64,000 bases of DNA from Hypanus sabinus. Its lineage: Eukaryota. Each line of letters opens with the position of its first letter. Position 1 is the first letter of the stretch. The stretch is taken from the NCBI RefSeq assembly GCF_030144855.1, contig NC_082734.1, forward strand, positions 30,752,001-30,816,000. The letters run 5' to 3'. This document shows, piece by piece, positions 1 through 12,310 of this stretch. A program made the position numbers and the translations under genes. The notes under the pieces were generated by a model, which saw only the letters and a program-made list of their open reading frames with translations, did not search any database and was not told where the DNA came from.

Positions 1-562
1 TGTTTAGTGGGTTCCTGAAAGAAGAATTTCAAGACTGTGTATAGTGTACATAATTTGGTAATTTTACTCTGAAACATTACCTTGCTCTCAGGAAAGTGAA
101 GTTCCGGGTTGAAAATGGTGACACGGGTGTACTCTGATAATAAATTTTCTCTTCAACTGTAAACTAAATTCACACAGTATAAGTGGATCAGGATCATGGT
201 GTCTTTCTCACAGGCATATGTATATAGCAGTCCAAACATAAACTTTTATATAAAGTTATTTTCCTCCTGGCTGAGTTTACAAATTTCACAATTTTATTTG
301 TTTTTCAATTATTTGCGTGATTTATCCTCCTGCACATTGGTTGGTCATCGGTCTTTAAGTATGGTTTCTGGTGGATTCAATTGTCTTTGTTTTGCGGGTT
401 TCTGCAAGAAGAATTTCAAGGCTGTACATTGTCCACACTGTTTGATAATTTTACTTTGAACATTAAAATTAATTCGCCCAGTCTATTATAAACGGATCAG
501 GATCATGTGGCCCCATTCACAAACCGTGTAATATAAGTACACACACGAACTTTCGGACGGTT

Positions 563-780
563 CTATAAAATTATCTTTCTCTTGGCGGACGTTACAACTT
601 TCACAATTTTAGCGGTCTGGCCGTCAGTTTTGGCGCTTCTCCTATTGCCTGTTCATTGGCGATTAAGGACGCTCTCTTTTTGGGCGTTTCCATCTGGGAC
701 TGAGAAATGAGATTAGGCAATTTACCGCCAATCAAGCACCGCTCTGCAGTCATCCAGAAGCAAAAAAATATTAATTTTCA
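563..780 (+). promoter_or_regulatory. Degenerate inverted copy of the H2A promoter, downstream of H2A copy 1
   Basis: Aligns by eye to the reverse complement of 1450-1660 (CTTGGCGG...AATTTTAG...GTCA...TCATTGG...GGAC.CTC...CCAATC); the TATA position is degenerate. Confidence 0.7.
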
Positions 781-962
781 GTAATATACGGGACGATGAT
801 GGAGGCCAGGTTCAGAGAGCGCGCTCCGTCTGCAGATTAATATTATTTTCAGGGGAGGAAAAGCGTTTCAGACAGTGTGTAATAAACTAGGATTGACGCG
901 CAGATGGAAAACACCCGGAGTCTCCCCAGTCTGTATCAGCCCTTTCTGTAGACAATATAGGT

Positions 963-978
963 GGCTCTGAAAAGAACC
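963..978 (-). terminator. Histone 3' stem-loop (H2A copy 1)
   Basis: Minus strand GGTTCTTTTCAGAGCC (one U-G wobble), followed by the purine-rich AGAAAGGGCTG downstream element. Confidence 0.9.
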
Positions 979-1008
979 TTTGGGTCTTTTAACTGACGTT
1001 TCACATGT

Positions 1009-1401
1009 TTATTTGTCCTTGGGGTTGGCGGGTCCGCCGGATTTCTTGGGCAAAAGCACGGCCTGGATATTGGGCAGTACCCCGCCCTGAGCGATGGTCA
1101 CCCCTCCCAGCAGCTTGTTGAGCTCCTCGTCGTTGCGGACGGCCAGCTGCAGGTGCCTGGGGATGATGCGGGTCTTCTTGTTGTCTCGGGCCGCGTTGCC
1201 GGCCAACTCGAGGATTTCAGCCGTCAGGTACTCGAGTACCGCAGCCAGGTAGACTGGGGCTCCGGCACCCACTCGTTCAGCATAATTACCCTTTCTCAGG
1301 TGCCTGTGATCACGGCCCACCGGGAACTGCAGTCCGGACCGAGACGAGCGAGACTTGGGCTTGCTCTTAGCCTTACCACCGGTTTTCCCTCATCCACTCA
1401 T
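1009..1401 (-). pseudogene. H2A: Histone H2A copy 1, nonsense at codon 4
   Basis: ATG AGT GGA TGA (CGA in copies 2 and 3; stop at 1390-1392); also GRDH instead of GRVH. Otherwise a full 393-nt H2A frame. Confidence 0.9.
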
Positions 1402-1449
1402 TTCCACACACTCCTGAACAGAGAATGAGAAGATTGTTCCACGTTCGCC

Positions 1450-1660
1450 GTTTTTATAGGTTCTGGGGGATTGCGGAGGGGCACTTACGATTGGTGCTGC
1501 AGCACTTTCTCCAATTGCTGCTTTGGAATTAACCAATCAGCGAGTGTCCAATTCTCCAATGACCAGACGGCAGCGGGAAAAGTGCGGAAAATGACTGTCA
1601 GTACCTAAAATTACCTGAAATTTTAAAAGCCCGCCAAGGGAAAAAAATTAAACTGTAGTA
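1450..1660 (-). promoter_or_regulatory. H2A promoter
   Basis: CCTATAAAAA TATA box, several CCAAT/ATTGG boxes, TTGGCGGG-CTTTTAAAA at 1621-1637. Confidence 0.8.
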
Positions 1661-2019
1661 CAAACAAAGCTGTCAGCAATATCTGAGCGAGCATATACAG
1701 CCCACATGACCAGTCCTATTCTGTCCGCACGGAAAGTAAATTAATTATATCATAACTGTCTCTGGGAATGTATCCCTTTTTGTGAAAACACATCACATCA
1801 TCGAAAGGTCTCTTCACAAACTATGGTGGAAGCACAGAAACAGCGATATGAGAGTTAATTTATTCTCATACAGATTCAGGGCACTTAGGAAACAGTATAG
1901 TGGAGTAATTGAGAGGCTTTACTTCATAACTCGAATACAAACAACAGCAAACACATAAATCCTATTCAACCTCATTCATTGTCACCGAAAAGTTTCACTG
2001 AGACAAGTGATTGAAAATG

Positions 2020-2127
2020 GAGACCTTTCTTGGAAAGATAGAGCCATTTGGGGTTTCAGCAACCTTTGGTGATATACTTGGAGCTGGTGTATTGTTCATC
2101 TTCTTTGTCCCTTCAAACACGGTGCTG
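2020..2127 (-). pseudogene. H2B: C-terminal relic of an H2B gene with half a stem-loop
   Basis: Minus strand GTG TTT GAA GGG ACA AAG ... TAC ACC AGC TCC AAG (VxEGTK...YTSSK, 1-nt deletion), then AACCCCAAATGGCTCT. Confidence 0.7.
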
Positions 2128-2134
2128 TAGTCTT

Positions 2135-2700
2135 TGCCAGACTGCTACAGTATCCAGAACTCCAGCAATCTTGGTATCATCCACAAATTAACTAACCCGC
2201 CCTTCTACTTTTTACACAGGCCTCTTATATACATCACAGATCCCTGCAGACCTCCACTATTTACAGACCTCCTGCTCGAATCGGTCCCTTCAACCATGAC
2301 CCACTGTCTTCCAGTGGCAAGCCAATTCTGATTCCAAACAGACAATTCGCGGCAGATCCCATGCATCTAAATCTTCTGGATTCATCTCCCATGAGGGAAT
2401 TCGTCAAACGCCTATGTCCATGTACACAATATCTACTGCCTTACTCTCATCAGTCTCTCTTGTTACCTAGTCAAACTCAGTCAATTTAGTCAAGCACAGC
2501 CTGACATGCTCAAAGCGATATTGGCTCTCACCAACTAGGCCATGAGTTTCCAAATGTTCATATATGCTGTCGCTAAGAGGCTTCTCCAGCAATTTTCCAA
2601 CAACTGAAGTGAGACTCATCAGTTTATAGTTCCCAGGATTTTCTCCTATTCCCTTCTTAAATGGAGGTACAACATTGGACACTCACCAGTCCTTCAGGGT
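2135..2700 (-). mobile_element. CR1 LINE ORF2 fragments
   Basis: ORF 2467-2682: NVVPPFKKG...PGNYKLMSLTSVVGKLLE (CR1 RT N-terminus). Confidence 0.8.
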
Positions 2701-3309
2701 CTCTCCTGGTTCTAGATTACCCTGGAAACGCTGGAAATAATTGCCAGATGTAGCGTGTTATGGTAGTGTTTCAGCATTTTCTATTTTTATTTTAGATTTT
2801 CAGTATTTGTAAATTTTCTTTAATGTTCACGTTTCTACAACTGGTTTTAGTAAAGATCTATTTCCTACAGTACGATGCTGAGGAAGTTTATCAGAGAGAG
2901 TTACAGCGTAATACTGGGATTGCCCAGCTCCGGGCCATCAGTGGTCTTTTTTCTTAAATCCCCAACCTGGTATTAAGGAGTGGTGTGTTGTATTGGTCTG
3001 TGTCCTCACTGGCCGGTCCTGTGTTATGGCAGCTCAGTGTACTTGGAATACAGTGCCAGTGTCTTAACAGCAGTGTGTCCTTACTTAACAAACTAAGATT
3101 GTCCATTCTGAACTCTAAACGTGGGTGGGATGTGATACGAGGGAATATATGGCCACAAGAGACCATTTGAATCACCCAGTAGGTGCTATCACTTTGTACA
3201 ACACACTCATCAGTCCTGTGCCCCACTCACTCCTAACCACTCTGCAGGTCGTTTCCCCTGAAAGACCCCTGCAGACAGTGTCCCACATGAGAACCACACT
3301 CAGAGGAAT

Positions 3310-4330
3310 TCAAGACAACAGGAGCAGGAGTACCCACCTGGCACCTCACCCCTTTCCCACTACCCAATGTGATCATGGATCTGTCCCAGGCCTCAGCTCC
3401 TCTTCTATACCAGTTGCACATACCCTCAAATCCCTGGTCTTTCCAAATTGTATCACCCTCCTCTTTAATTTCCTCCAGTGAACCATCCTCCAAGTTTTCC
3501 TCACCCTTTGCAAGACTTTCCTGCACTTCAACTTTAAATGACCACTCCCTCACCTGTGTCCCACCATTCCAGCTTCAGCCACTGCTAGAAACATCACAAC
3601 ATCTCCCTGTCAACACCTCTTAGGGACCTTGTGAGGTTCAAGAAAGTCACTCCTCATCTTTCTAAACCCTGAAGGTCTTGGATCTGATTTCTTTGGAATT
3701 TTGTAATAAAACAACTCTGTCATCCCTGGAATTGTCCTGTTGAATCCATTGAGTGATCTGTTCTTCAGTGAGGGGACCAGAACTGTCCCCAGCCCTCCAG
3801 TGTGACCTCAACAACTCCCTGTGAAACGAAAACATAATTCCCTATTTCTAATTTCCAACCCACCTTTAATAAAGACCAATGTACTATTTCCCTCTCACTA
3901 GACAAGATTAAATTCCATCTGCCATTCCTCTGCCTGGATATCCAGATGATGAAGACCATGTCATGTCTAAGACAATCCTCCTCACTATCTTCACATCAGC
4001 AGATTTTTTGTATCGTGCTGATCTCACCAACTACATTAACATCCAAGTTGTTGATGTCTACCAGAAACAGAAAGGATCCTAGCCCCAATCGACGTGACAC
4101 ACCACACCACTGGTCACCAACGTAGAGTGAGAACAACAACTCTCCACCACTACCCTGTGCCTCCCATAAGCCAAGCTGCTTTTAGACCTAGTTTGCACTT
4201 CACTTTGTATCTCGTGGGTTCTGATCGTTTGGATCAGACTCGCATGCCTGAAATGCAAAGGCCTCAGATAAGTCTATGTAAACAACGCTGCCCTCATCAG
4301 CATACTGTACTTACTTTCAACTTCTAAACA
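3310..4330 (-). mobile_element. Highly degenerate CR1-type LINE 3' region
   Basis: Remnants such as WQRNGRWNL / GQFWSPH and CR1 3'-end-like sequence. Confidence 0.45.
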
Positions 4331-4489
4331 TTTAGTGTGTGGGGGCCCAAAGGCAGTCGGCACCACAGCAGACTACCTACGTTGGATTAAACGGTTAGTC
4401 CATTGTTGTCAGTACTGGCCTGATGTGAAAACCCATCAAGATCAAGTAGGCGCAGAGTAAACTGCTAATTTTTCAGAGCAAAGTGAGAT

Positions 4490-7400
4490 TTTTAACACTG
4501 GGGTAAAAGAGGGGCGAGACTGCGCAGGCGCATGACATCAGCCAGTAAAGCACGAAAGTTTTTAAATGAAGATCGCTGTATGCAGCGGACAACGGAGTGA
4601 GAGGCAGCAGAGTGGTAGGGCTTTGGCTCAATGGGCTTAGGCGGTAATGGGACAAGGCAAGGTAGGAAGCATGTGTGCGAGGCCAGTTTTCTGTGCGCGG
4701 TGTCAGATGTGGGGGATCCTGGAGTCTCCCAGCTTCCCGGACGGCCATGTCCGCACCAGGTGTGTTGAGCTGCAGCTCCTGAGGGAACCGAGTTGGGGAA
4801 CTGGATATGCAGGTCGATGACCTTCGCCTGGTCAGGGAAGCAAGGAGGTGATAGAGAGGAGTTATAGGCCGGTGGTCACACCGGGGTCACAGGAGACAGA
4901 CAAGTCGGTTACGTTCCGGAGGGGGAAGGTAAATATTCAGGTACTACAGATTATCCCTGTGTCTGAACCCCTTGACAAGAAGTACTCCTGTTTTACTGTA
5001 GGGGGGACAGCCTACCTAGGGGAATCGGCAGTGGCCATGCCTCTGGCACGGAGTCTGACCCTGTGGCTAAGAAGGGCAGGGAAGGGAAGAGGAAGGCAGT
5101 AGTGACAGGGGACTCTATAGTTAAGGGGTTTGACAGGCGATTCTGTGGATGCAGGAACGAAACTCGGGTGGCAGTTTGCCTCCCAGGTGCCAGGGTCCGG
5201 GATTTTCGGATCGCATCCAAAATATCCTGCCGTGGGAAGGTGAACAGCCAGAGGTCGTGGTACAAATTGGTACCGGTTACGTAGGTAGGAAAAGGGAAGA
5301 GGTCCTGAAGAAAGACTACAGGAAGGTTGGAAGGAAGTTGAAAAGCTGGACGGTAAATGTAGTCATCTCGGTATTACTGACTGTGCCACGCGGCAGTGAG
5401 AATAGGAATACAATGAGGTGGAGGATAACTGTGTGGCTGGTGGATTTGAGCAGGCGGCAGGGCTTCAGATTTCTGGATGATTGGGAGCTCTTTTGGAGCA
5501 GGTGTGACCTGTACAAAAAGGATGGGTTGTACTTTCGCAGGGAGACCAATATCCTGGCAGGGAGGTTTGCTAAGGCTAATTGGGACAGTTTAAACTAGAA
5601 TTGTTGAGGGTTGGGAACAGAACTGAAGAGACTGAGGAAGAAGAGGTTAGCTCACAAATAGAGAAAGCTCATAGACAGTGCGAGAAGGAGGATAGGCAGG
5701 TGATAGAGATAGATAATCTCAGACTAGAGTCTTGAGATGTGTCTATTTTAATGCAAGGAGTGTTGTGAACAAAGCGAATGAGCTTAGAGCGTGGATCAGT
5801 ACTTGGAGATATGATGTGGTGGCCATTTCAGAGACTTGGAGGCCTCAGGGACAGGATTGGTTACTTCAAGTGCCGGGTTTTGGATGTTTCATAAAGGACA
5901 GGGAGGGAAGCAAAAGATGTAGGGACGGGGCACTGCTGATCAGAGATAGTGTCATGGCTGCAGAAAATATGGACGCCATGGAAGGATTGTATACGGTCTC
6001 TGTGGGTGGAGCTTTGGAACAGGAAGGGGTCAATAACTTTACTGTGTGCTTTTTGTAGGCTGCCCAATAGCAACTGAGGTATTGAGGAGCAGATAAGGAA
6101 ACAGTTCCTGGGAAGGTGTAATAACAACTGAGTTGTCATGATGGGAGATTTTAATTTCCCAAATATCAATTGGCATCTCCCTGAGCAATGGGTTTAAATG
6201 GGGTGGAGTTTGTTAGGTGTGTTCAGGAAGGTGTCTTGACACAGTATGTAGATATGCCTACAAGAGGAGAGGCGGTACTTGATTTGGTATTGGGAAATGA
6301 ACCTGGTCAGATGTCAGATCTCTCGGTGGGAGAGCATTTTGGAGATAGTGCTCATAATTCCATCTCCTTTATAACAGCACTGGAGAGAGACAGTAACAGA
6401 CAAGTTAGAAAAGCGTTTAATTTGAGTACGGGGAATTATGAGGCTATCAGGCTGGAAATTGGAGGCTTACATTGGAAACAGATGTTCTCAAAGAAAAGTA
6501 CGTAAGAATTGTGGCAAATATTCAGAGGATATCTGTGTACAGTTCTGTATAGGTACTTTCCAATGAGACAGGGAAGTTATTGTAGGGTACAGGAACCGTG
6601 GTGTACAAAAGCTGTAATAGATATAATCAAGAAGAAATGAAAAGCTTACAAAAGGTTCAGGGAGCCAGTTAATGTTATTGATCTAGAAGATTATAAGGCT
6701 ACTAGAACTGAGCTGCAAAAGGAAATTAGGCGAGCCAGAAGGGGCCATGAGTTGGCCTTGGCGGGCAGGATTAAGGAAAGCCCCAGTGCATTCTACAAGT
6801 ATGTGAAGAGCAGGAGGATAAGACGTGAAAAAATAGGACCTATCAAGTGTGACAGTGCGAAAGTGTGTATGGAACCGACGGAAATAGAAGTGGTACTGAA
6901 TGAATACTTTGCTTCAGTATTCACTATGGAAAAGGATCTTAGTGATGACTTGCAGCAGACTGAAAAGCTTGAGCATGTATATATTAAGAAAGAGGATGTG
7001 CTGGAGCATTTGGAAAGCATCAAGTTGGATAAGTTGCTGGGACCGGACGAAATGTACCCGAGACTACGGTGGGAGGCGAGGGAGGAGATTGCTGAGCCTC
7101 TGGTGATGATCTTTGCGTCATCAGTGGGGACAGTTGAGGTTCCAGAGGATTGGAGGGTGGTGAATGTCGTTCCTTTGTTCAAGTAATGGAATAGAGATAG
7201 CCCAGGAAATTATAGAACAGTGAGTCTTACCTCAGTGGTTGGTAACTGATGGAGAAGTTCCTGAGAGGCAGGATTTATGAACATCTGGAGAGGTCTAATT
7301 GTCATGGTCCAGTCCGTGAAGACCGCGTTCTGGTTCATGGTCCGGTCCATTAAGTCCAGACTCGGGGTCTTCTAGCTTTCCGTTGTTTCATTCGGGCTTA

Positions 7401-9834
7401 ATCATAGGCACCTGATTCTCATATTGGGACCTGGAATATAAGTGGCCCTGGGTTCGAGTGCAGGTGTTGGTTTGTCTTGTAGGTATCCTGTCCTTGCCCC
7501 TGTGGGGTAAGTCAGGCTGGTCTTGCTGTCAACCTATGGTGGGATCTGTCCCTTCCTCTCCTTGCCTCCGGTGGGTAAGTCAGCTGTCCTTGCCGTTACC
7601 TTGAGGCTGGGCTGGGCACTTCCTTCCCTCTGAAGCCTTGCCGGTTACCTCACCTGCGTCCTTGCGTGTATTGCCGTCAAGTTCAGCAGCCGGAGTGAGA
7701 CCGGAGCCTTGCCATGCCAACAGAAGGAACTATATATCGTTAAGCATGGAACTGTCTCTTTGTGTCCCTGTGTTTAGTGTCCATGTATGAGTGCCGGTCC
7801 TATGTCCTATCCCCAGGAGGGGATCTGACTCTGTATAAAGCCCCGGCCCTACGTCCTGTTCCCAAAAAAGGATCCTGGCTCTGTGTTCTGTGTTATTGTG
7901 CTCTAGTCCTAGTCTGAGTGTTCCTGTGCTCAAGTCCAAGGTTTTGAGGAGGTTTCATTCCATGTCCAAGGCTCCAAGGAGGTTCCAGTCCATGACCAAG
8001 TCCAAGTCGTAGCCCAGGCCCTGATTCCTGGTCCCGTCCGGGGCTAGTGTCCATGTCCAGCTATGCCTCTCCACACTTCTGCTTTGCTGTCCCTCGACCT
8101 AGGCTCTGTGTTCCTGCTCTCCGTCGATCAAGACCAAGTCTGAGCTTCATGTCCTCGTCCAGGTCTGAGCTTCATGTCTTTGTCCAGCCCTGGAGTCCCG
8201 CATCCTGCCCCACGTCCAGTCCTGTTGCCTTGCCACGTCCAGTCCTCACCTGGATCCGGTGTCTGAGCCCGAGTCAAGACCCAGGTTCCGGGTCCCTGTC
8301 CCATCTCTGGCTCGGAGTCCTTGCCCAGGTTCCCAGTTCCTAGTTCCTCGTCAAGGCCCCACTTTCCTGTCCATGTCAGGTCCTAGCCCATGCCCTGACT
8401 CCGAGTCTTGTCCATTGCCTGTGTCTTGTCCAGTGTCGTTTCTTCGCCACTTCCCTTGCTTTCTTTATACACCTAGTCCTCTCCCTAGTACTTCAGAGTC
8501 TGTGTCTTGCATTTGGGTCCATTCCCAACGCCCTCCTTATGACAATAATATGACTAGGAGTAGCAAACACGGATTGGTCAAGGGCAGGTTGTGCCTTACG
8601 AGCCTGATTGAATTTTTTCAGGATGTGACTAAACACATTGAAGAAGGAAGAGCAGTAGATGTAGTGTATATGGATTTCAGCAAGGCATTTGATAAGGTAC
8701 CCCTCGCAAAGCTTATTAAGGAAGTAAGGAGGCATGGGATCCAAGTGGACATTGCTTTGTGGATCCAGAACTGGCTTGCCCACAGAAGGCAAAGAGTGTT
8801 TGTAGATGTGTCATATACTGCCTGGAGTTTGGTCACCAGTGGAGTGAATCAGGGATCTGTTCTGGGACCCTTACTCTTTGTGATCTTTATAAATGACCTG
8901 GACGAGGAAGTGGAGGGATGGGGTAGTAGGATTGCTGATGACACAAAGGTTGGAGGTGTTGTGGACAGTGTGGAGGGCTGTCAAAGGTATAGCGGGACAT
9001 GAATAAGATGCAAAACTGGGCTGACAATTGGCAGATGGCGCGCAACCCAGATATGTTTGAAGTGGTTCATTTCGGTTGGTCAAATATGATGACAGAATAT
9101 AGTATTAATGGTAAGGCTCTTGACAGTGTGGAGGATCGGATGTCTTGGGATCTGAGTCCATAGGACGCTCAAAGCAGTTGAGCAGATTGACTCTTTGGTT
9201 AAGAAGCCATACGGTTTATTGGCCTTCATCAATCGTGGGATTGAGTTTAGGAGCCGAGAGGTAATGCTGCATCTATATAGGACCCTGGTCAGACCCCACT
9301 TGGAGTACTGAGTTCAGTTCTGGTCGCCTCACTGCAGGAAGGAGGTGGAAGCCATAGCGAGGGTGCAGAGGAGATTTCCAAGGATGTTGCCTGGATTGGG
9401 GAGCATGCCTTGTGAGAACAGCTTGAGTGAACTTGGCCTTTTCTCCTTGGAGTGAAGGAGGATGAGAGGTGACCTGATAGAGGTGTACTGGATGATGAGA
9501 GGCATTGATCGTGTGGATAGTCAGAGGCTTTTTCCCAGGGCTGAAATGGTTGCTGCCACAAGAGGACACTGGTTTAAGGGGCTGGGGAGTAGGTACAGAG
9601 GAGACGTCGGGGCAAGTTTTTTACTCACAGTGGTGAGTGCGTGGAATGGGCTGCCGGTAACTGTGATGAGGCGGATACGTTAGGGTCTTTTAAGAGGCTT
9701 TTAGATAGGTAAATGGAGCTTCGTAAAATAGAGGTCTATATGTTAGCCTAGTAATTTCCGAGGTAGGGACATATTCGACACAACTTTGTAGGCCGAAGGG
9801 CCTGTATTGTGCTGTACGTTTTCTATGTTTCTAA
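4490..9834 (+). mobile_element. Essentially full-length, decayed CR1 LINE (5'UTR, ORF1 Zn-finger/SGNH esterase, ORF2 APE+RT, 3' tail)
   Basis: ORF1 VVTGDSIVKG and DLYKKDGL; EN CVYFNARSV, GDFNFP, SAHNSI; [29 protein letters not shown]; tail TTTTCTATGTTTCTA; many stops and frameshifts. Confidence 0.92.
7300..8544 (+). mobile_element. Solo LTR (Gypsy-like) inserted in CR1 ORF2
   Basis: Termini TGTCAT...ATGACA; flanks CTAAT (7295-7299) / ATAAT (8545-8549) form a 5-bp TSD with one mismatch; the CR1 RT sequence is collinear on both sides. Confidence 0.8.
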
Positions 9835-10349
9835 TACCCTTTAGGGGAGGAAATCTGCCGACCTTTCGACAGCCTCTGTGCAACTCCAGGCACAGTGGTG
9901 TGACAGACCACTGCCCTCTGAAATTGGTTAGAAAGTCACTCCAGAAGGACTGGGGATTGGGAGACATTGCTGGCAATACCCACACCTCTTGAAAGAATTA
10001 AACCAATCCCAAAAAAGTCTGGCAGAGATTAAGGCCTTTCAGCCCACACGAGATAACACAGGTTGTTCAGATAATCGACTAACACCCACGTAGGTTCAGA
10101 CTTGCCGTGAGCGGATCAGAATTTTCACAATTTAGTTGTAATTAACTCTGTCTGAGATCTACAATTCCAAGATCCCCAGTTCCAAGTAGAAATTAAATGA
10201 TTCTCAGCGGCAGCTTATTTCGCCTTCGCTTCCACCAGCGGTGCCGGAGTCTGGGCGGGTTGAGATTGGCATCAGCCAGCCACCGTAATTGCTCCCTTCA
10301 TTCTTCTATTCAAAACATTAGATAAATATAATAATTTTCATACGTCCAA

Positions 10350-10471
10350 ACAAACCAATGACAATCTTGTTATCCTGAATCCTTCATTAGCATAGGGTGG
10401 AGCCACATTGCCGATTTAATCCGCACTCCGAGTGAGTTCCGCATTTTCTGGGTCGGTAACTGACTGAAGAA
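10350..10471 (+). promoter_or_regulatory. H2B promoter with CCAAT box and variant octamer
   Basis: CCAAT near 10355; CCTTCATTAGCATAG (ATTAGCAT 10386-10393; canonical H2B octamer is ATTTGCAT); weak TATA GATTTAAT. Confidence 0.7.
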
Positions 10472-10834
10472 ATGCCTGAAACCAAAGCTCCGAAGAAAGG
10501 CGCCAAGAAAGCCGTGTCCAAGGCCAAGGGCACCAAGAGGCGCAGGAGGTCGAGGAGGGAGAGTTACTCCATCTACGTCTACAAGGTGATGAAGCAGGTT
10601 CACCCCGACACCGGCATCTCCTCCAAGGCCATGAGCGTCATGAACTCGTTCGTGAACGATATTTTCGAGCGCATCGCGCGCGAGGCTTCCCGCCTGGCCC
10701 ATTACAACAAGCGGTCGANNNNNNNNNNNNNNNNNNNNNNNNNNNNNNNNNNNNNNNNNNNNNNNNNNNNNNNNNNNNNNNNNNNNNNNNNNNNNNNNNN
10801 NNNNNNNNNNNNNNNNNNNNNNNNNNNNNNNNNN
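10472..10834 (+). CDS. H2B: Histone H2B variant, copy 1 (3' part masked; end inferred)
   Basis: MPETKAPKK...[25 protein letters not shown]...HYNKRS; end assumes the canonical 38 further residues plus stop inside the N run. Confidence 0.85.
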
Positions 10835-10849
10835 NNNNNNNNNNNNNNN
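10719..10849. other. 131-nt N run over the H2B 3' end
   Basis: Directly visible; same length and same flanks as 17122-17252. Confidence 0.98.
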
Positions 10850-10865
10850 ACAAACCGAAAACTTC

Positions 10866-10881
10866 GGCTCTTTTAAGAGCC
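10866..10881 (+). terminator. Histone 3' stem-loop (H2B copy 1)
   Basis: GGCTCTTTTAAGAGCC followed by HDE-like GAAAGAGTTG. Confidence 0.92.
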
Positions 10882-12093
10882 ACTCACTCCATCGCTGAAA
10901 GAGTTGCTCCAGTATTTCAGCAGTGATTAATAACTAACCTTTCCTTGCAGATTTTCAGTTTAGAAATAATTATTGTTTATTGCAATCCGTATGTCCGTTT
11001 TAACCCCGGACTCGCTCTCACTACCCTGTGTCCTGTCACGGAGCATTTTCCCCTTTTGTTATCGACTTGTTTCCGACTTCAGACATGCACACACACAACT
11101 ATATACAAAGTGCATCGTTGTGAGGCAGATACTTGCTGTTACTGATTCGCTTTATCACCAACAGTTCCCTGTGCTGGAACTGTCCTGCGTCTTATTTGTA
11201 CTTGTGATTCAGTATAGATTCACCGTTTTTTCACATTGCAGTCTCGGCCTCCATCGTGAACTGCGAACCGTCCATAGCCGGATGCGTTTCAAATTAAAAC
11301 AAAATCCTGTCGTGTTCTGATTCCGTATTTGTACCGATCGATGATTAAAATGAAAATTTAATTCACAGTCACTCATATCGGAATACTAACTTTCGGTGAC
11401 ACTGCTGGTGAATGTAATTGTAATTAATGTGAATTAATTGCTTGTTTGTGGGTTCTTTTAGGGGGTTATTAACCCGATTTATCGTCTTTTGCGCATTGGT
11501 TGTGGTCAGTCTTTATTGGGTGGTTTATGAGCTTTTTTGTGGGTTCCTGAAAGAAGAATTTCAAGACTGTGTATAGTGTACAAAATTTGGTCATTTTACT
11601 TTGAAACATTACTGTGCTCTCAGGAAAGTGAAGTTCCGGCTTGAAAGTGGTGACACGGGTGTACTCTGATTATAAATTTTACTTTGAACTGTAAACTAAA
11701 TTCACACAGTATAAGTGGATCAGGATCATGGTGTCTTTCTCACAGGCATATGTACATAAAAGTTTATGTTTGGACTGTTAAATAAAGTTATTTTTCTCCT
11801 GGCTGACTTCACAAATTTCAATTTTATTTGTTTTTGTAATTATTTGTGCCATTTTCCTCTTGCACATTGGTTGGTCGTCGGTCTTTGCTAAGCGTGTTTT
11901 ATTCCTGGATTCAATTGTCTTTGTTTTGCGGGTTTCTGCAAAAAGAATTTCACGGCTGCACATTCTCTACACAGTTTGATAATTTTACTTTGAACATTAG
12001 ACTTAATTCGCGCAGTTTATTAAAAACGGATCAGGATCATGTGGCCCCATTCACAAACATAATATAAATACACACACAAACTTTCGGACGGTT

Positions 12094-12310
12094 CTATAAA
12101 ATTATCTTTCTCTTCGCGGACGTTACAGCTTTCACAATTTTAGTGGTCTGGCCGTTAGTTTTGGCGCTTCTCCTATTGCCTGTTCATTGGCGAATAAGGA
12201 CGCTCTCCAATCGGGCATTTCCTCTCAGAACTGGGAAATCCCTAATGAGATTAGGCAATTTACCGCCAATCAAGCACCGCTCTGCAGTCATCCAAGAGGT
12301 AGAAAAACAT
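12094..12310 (+). promoter_or_regulatory. Inverted H2A-promoter relic, unit B
   Basis: Homologous to 563-780; retains TCATTGG and CCGCCAATC. Confidence 0.65.

Noticed and set aside
1-580. Duplicated block within the H2B-H2A spacer
   Set aside because: Looks like LINE-tail remnants duplicated locally; unit C lacks one copy, which suggests it is dispensable
1153-1428. Plus-strand ORFs over H2A (also 12680-12955, 18635-18910) and antisense ORFs over H2B, H1 and H3
   Set aside because: Shadow ORFs from GC-rich histone codon usage; most start at GTG/TTG and show no independent signal
2870-3200. Possible H4 or other histone relic
   Set aside because: No frame gave recognisable histone motifs
8259-9002. 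247-aa ORF with a Pro/Ser-rich N-terminus fused to RT
   Set aside because: Chance read-through from solo-LTR sequence into a broken CR1 RT; GTG start and truncated
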